Source of the DNA: Octopus vulgaris
Taxonomy: Eukaryota
DNA length: 64,000 nt
Direction of reading: 5' to 3'
Assembly: GCA_951406725.2 (NCBI GenBank)
Contig: OX597822.1
Location: forward strand, 119,164,001-119,228,000
Position numbers and translations under genes: made by a program
Notes under the pieces: model-generated
Seen by the model: the letters and a program-made list of their open reading frames with translations, nothing else
The model's database searches: none
What the model was told of the DNA's origin: nothing
Part shown: in pieces, positions 59,755-64,000 of the stretch
Layout of the letters: each line of letters opens with the position of its first letter
Numbering within the stretch: position 1 is the stretch's first letter

Positions 59755-60603
59755 CAAGGGTAGTCCCAAAAGTAAGGTCTCCAAAGCACTTGGGATGCAG
59801 GGAAACTGTGTGTGCAGCTACTGGCAACACTGTTGTGTTTGTTGTGCATGTGCCTGCAACTGCCCCTGCATGCACTTCACTGTCACACTCAGTTTTGGCT
59901 TGGTAGTCCTATCTGATGGAGCTCTTGATTGACGCTACTGCCAAGTGTGAAGTTTGCGCAGTTATTTGGTTTTTGAATGCAAAAGGTGTGAAACTGATTG
60001 AAATTCATCACCAATTAGCAGAAGTGTATGGCAAGTCATGCATGATTGTCAGAAAAGTCTGCAAGTGGTGTAGGTAGTTTGCAGCTGATCGTACTGATAT
60101 TCATGATGAAGAAAGAAGTGGGTGACCATCAATTTCCTACGAGACAGTCGTGAAGGTTGAGCAAACCCTGTGGGAAAATCAGTGGACCACTCTGGATAAT
60201 CTCTGCATTTTAGTTCCTGAGGTTTCCTGAAACACCATTCATAGGGTTTTGAGTGAAAAGTTGCAACATAAGAAGGTGGGTCCCACGAATGCTCACAGAA
60301 GACCATAAATGGCAACCCACCTGTTCCCTAAGTTGAAAGAACATTTGGTCGGAACGTGCTTCAGCAACAAGAACGAAGTGAAAGATGACGTTCAGCATTT
60401 CCTCAGTGACATGGCAGTGAACTGGTATGACATGGGCATACAAAAACTGCCCCAGTGCCAACAAAAATGCATTAGCTGAAATGGCGAATATGTAGAAAAA
60501 TAGATAAATGTTCAAACTTTAAAATGGTGTAAACATCATTGACAATAACCATTTCTGTGATTTCTAAATATTTTAGGAGACCTTATTTTTGGGACTACCC
60601 TCA
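59755..60603 (+). mobile_element. Internally deleted, decayed mariner
   Basis: TIRs AGGGTAGTCCCAAAAGTAAGGTCTCC / GGAGACCTTATTTTTGGGACTACCCT. AVIWFLNAKG and WVPRMLTEDHK are joined to HLFPKLKEHL. A related fragment lies at ~61800-61975 (minus). Confidence 0.88.
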
Positions 60604-62365
60604 TGTGTGTGTGTGTGTGTGTATCATCATTTAACGTCCTCTTTTCATGCTAATATATATATATATCCTTCTCCATGACTCCTTTTCATTTGATGCCAAG
60701 GACACATTTTCCAATGGCTATTGTGAATCTATATCACTATTAGGTAAGGCACAGCAGATAACCACAGGCCTTCCTTGATATTTCAGGCTTCAGGCTGATG
60801 TACCTCTGAAACTCCTCTCTTACAGGTCCTAACTCCAAAGATCAATTTTACCCGTATGCTCTTCTTTGTGCTGTTACTTCTACAATCTTTTGAAATGTTC
60901 ACTTTTATGCAGATAAAACTACCTTCGCATTCTTACTGCCTCCTTAATGTCTTGCACTAAAGTGACATCCACATTCAACTTAGACATCACACATCAAACC
61001 AGCACTGACTCTTATCAAAAGAGACCATGAAAATATCCCCCAATCTTGTTGTACCAATCTTGTTCCCTTCAACAGTACAAAAGCACTATCGCTAATCATA
61101 TCAAGAAAATAACTTAGTGTCCCACCTCTTAAAGCAGAAACAATACCCCAACTTCCTACGCAACCGCTGAGCCTGGATGCGCATTCATCCATCCGTCGAT
61201 GCTCTCAGTGTCGGGGGTTGACCTGCTTTCTCTTCTGCGGGTCTTACGAATAGCAAAGGACCATGTTTCAGACTTCTCCCATCTTGTGAGCTCTGGGACA
61301 AAGACCATTCGCTCAACAGCAACAGCAGAAACAACAAATGCCATGTATAAGTCTTAAAGTCACTACAAACGCATGTGTGAATGTTATAAGCAACTGATGT
61401 TACAGAAACAGCTTGAAATAATATTCAGGTTGCCCTCATTATGATTTTGATGACATCCTGTTTCAGTACCAATTGTACATCATCTCACACACACACACTC
61501 ACACCATTGTTTCCTAACATTAGCACATATTAGCAAGGGTTGTACAATCCAAATAAATTGACCCACGTATCAATATTTCTTCTAATTTGTTTGATATGCA
61601 CAAAAATCTTATGTTGTTCTCAATTTTTTCTCCTATGACGAAAGGACATGTGCACTGGAACCTTGTATAAATGTAACTTGAAATAAGTATATTTAACAAT
61701 TCCTTCGTTATTTTGGCAACAAACCTTTTGTATGCACGTAATTTTCTTGTGCAGTGGCTGCAAAACCCGTGTCCATATATGTGCTTAGGGAACACGTGGG
61801 TTGCAATCTATGGTCTTCTGTGAGCATTCGTGGGACCCATCTTGCACACACCTTCCAATATTGCAATTTTTCACTCAGAACTCTATGAACGGTGCTTCAG
61901 GAAACCTCAGGAACCAAAATGCAGAGATCATCCAGAGTGATCCACCGATTTTCCCACAGGATTTGCTCAACCTTTTATATATAATACAGCTCAGCTGGAA
62001 GAATGCCCAGTACTTGATGGGTTCTTTATTTTATCAACCCTAGAAGGATAAAATGCAGCGTCAGCTCTGATAGTATGTGAACTCAGAAGCTTAAAAAGAA
62101 CACAACAGAATCCACAGGACATTTTGTTTGATGCCCGGCATTAACTGTCACTCTACTGCCAATAGGATCTCCATTGGTTAAAACTCATAATGTGGATTCA
62201 CTCATATGTGTGCAGGCCAGGACAAGGGTTTTTTGCAGAAAACTTGCAGTTGCCTGTTCATGCAAATCTCTCCTCTCCATCAAAGAAAAGGTTATTGGGC
62301 CACTAAAGCTTGGCACCACTCTCATCAAGAGATTGCTGTCAGAATGCAATGATCCAGAACAGATA

Positions 62366-62915
62366 CCTATTTCTTTACTACCCACAAGGGGCTAAAGACA
62401 GAGAGGACAAACAAGGACAGACAAACGAATTAAGTCAATTATATCAACCTCCAGTGCGTAACTGGTACTTATTTAATCAACCCAGAAAGGATGAAAGGCA
62501 AAGTCGACCTCAGTGGAATTTGAACTCAGAACGTAGTGGCAGACGAAATACCTATTTCTTTACTACCCACAAGGAGCTAAACATAGAGGGGACAAACAAG
62601 GACAGACAAACGAATTAAGTCAATTATATCGACCCCCAGTGCGTAACTGGTACTTATTTAATCAACCCCGAAAGGATGAAAAGCAAAGTTGACCTCCGCG
62701 GAATTCGAACTCAGAACATAGTGGCAGACGAAATAGCTATTTCTTTACTACCCACAAGGGGCTAAACAAGGACAGACAAACGAATTAAGTCGATTATATC
62801 GATCCCAGTGGTACTTATTTAATTTACCCCGAAAGAATGAAAGGCAAAGTCGACCTCAGCTGAATTTGAACTCAGAACGTAGCAGCAGGCAAAATACCAC
62901 AAGACATCTTGCTTG
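62366..62915 (-). mobile_element. Tandem trimer of the Meta-type SINE (185-bp period)
   Basis: Units begin (C/G)CTATTTCTTTACTACCCACAAGG at 62366, 62551 and 62736. Same family as 58761-58991. Confidence 0.88.
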
Positions 62916-63439
62916 ACCCATGTAATAGTTTTGTTAATCCTCCACTCCGGATTGCTACATTTTCACCAACTCCATAAAAACAAAAGGCAAAGTTGACCTT
63001 AGAAGGATCTGAACTCAGAGTTTAGAGAACCAGAACAATAATGTAGGCATTCCAACACTATTTTGACCCTACCAACCTACCACATAGAATCAATCGATAC
63101 ATAAAATTTAAATTTTAAATAAAACCGTAAATCTATATTTACAAATGCTTATAAAACCAAAATACAGCACCCACAATCTTCAGAAACACTTATTCACACT
63201 CAGAATTATCAAAGCATGGGATAAACTACCCATGTCAGTTGTTAGCAGTCAGACACAATCCTTCAAGAATTCTATGCTTCTTGAAATTTGCCAACACCAC
63301 CCCTAATGTACCTATGTACCCTTTTTGCATTATGGCTCTTTTATTGCACATTTTTTGGTCTCTGTTTTATTCTGTGCATGTACTTTCACTGCTGTCTTCC
63401 ATTACTTAACATGTGGCTGCTTTCTGTCCCCTCTTTTAA

Positions 63440-63644
63440 CCCTTTCATTACCAACCCAGCTGAAACCGGCTCTGGCTCTGTAGTACAAATTTTGAATTAA
63501 AATCTTCCATCAAACCTTTGCCACAATTAATGTTCCTAATACTAGCTGAATGATAACTAAGTTATTTTACTAAATCCTTTGTTAGATTTTAAATTAATTG
63601 AAAGAAACACGGAGCATCTCAAAATAAATACAGTAATGAAAGGG
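63440..63644. mobile_element. piggyBac-type MITE, 205 bp
   Basis: TTAA TSDs (63436-63439, 63645-63648) and perfect 12-bp TIRs CCCTTTCATTAC / GTAATGAAAGGG. Confidence 0.9.
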
Positions 63645-63705
63645 TTAATCTTTTCTGATGAGTTGTGCATTTCGGCATTGTATAAAACAAGCTCATTATA
63701 ATAAA

Positions 63706-64000
63706 AATAAGAGCACTCAGAGAGCGCAAACCTTCACCAAAGCAACACCAATGTCCTCTCAACAATTAACCAGAGATGATTTTTGAAATGTGAATATCTG
63801 AAATAAACTCAATTGCTCTCACAAATGAGAATACTAAAAATTAACCCGACCACTCACAAAAATTAAGTAAAAAAAAAAACAGGAAAAATAATCCAGAATC
63901 CTTGTTTGGTACCAGATCAATCCCAAAATTTAATCCGTTCGTGCCAGTCATGAAGCCAAACATCTCTGAAAGTTTCATCTGAATCCATTCAGTGGTTTTT
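63706..64000 (-). mobile_element. Helentron-associated non-autonomous element (partial)
   Basis: Terminal hairpin GCACTCAGAGAGCGC beside an A-run. The body is homologous to 38620-38746. Confidence 0.6.

Overview
This is an AT-rich, repeat-dominated animal genomic window. The SINE/RTE families and (TA)n load resemble an octopod cephalopod, which is an inference. Seven 100-N gaps all lie between two blocks of the same 51-bp satellite (13.0-15.2 kb and 53.2-58.2 kb). The only likely host coding sequence is a minus-strand first coding exon (11231-12208): a low-complexity N-terminus that runs into the start of a MARVEL-like domain. The rest is mobile DNA: three mariners, two non-autonomous Helitrons, Helentron-type elements, a piggyBac MITE, Meta-type tRNA SINEs, RTE and CRE remnants, an intact Tx1/L1 ORF2, three CR1-group LINEs plus a fragment, and two Neptune-type Penelope-like elements (PLEs). 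The main hidden signal is about 10 complete and several partial minimal type I hammerhead ribozyme (HHR) motifs from at least seven sequence families. They lie in PLE termini and in short non-coding fold-back elements inserted into (TA)n tracts. Their catalytic cores show three Watson-Crick versions of the 3:8 pair (C-G, U-A, G-C) plus a U4C variant. The young CR1-group LINE also has an unusual Myb/SANT + CCCH ORF1 and a candidate -1 frameshift site that recurs in an older subfamily. All calls were made by eye; no searches or folding programs were run.
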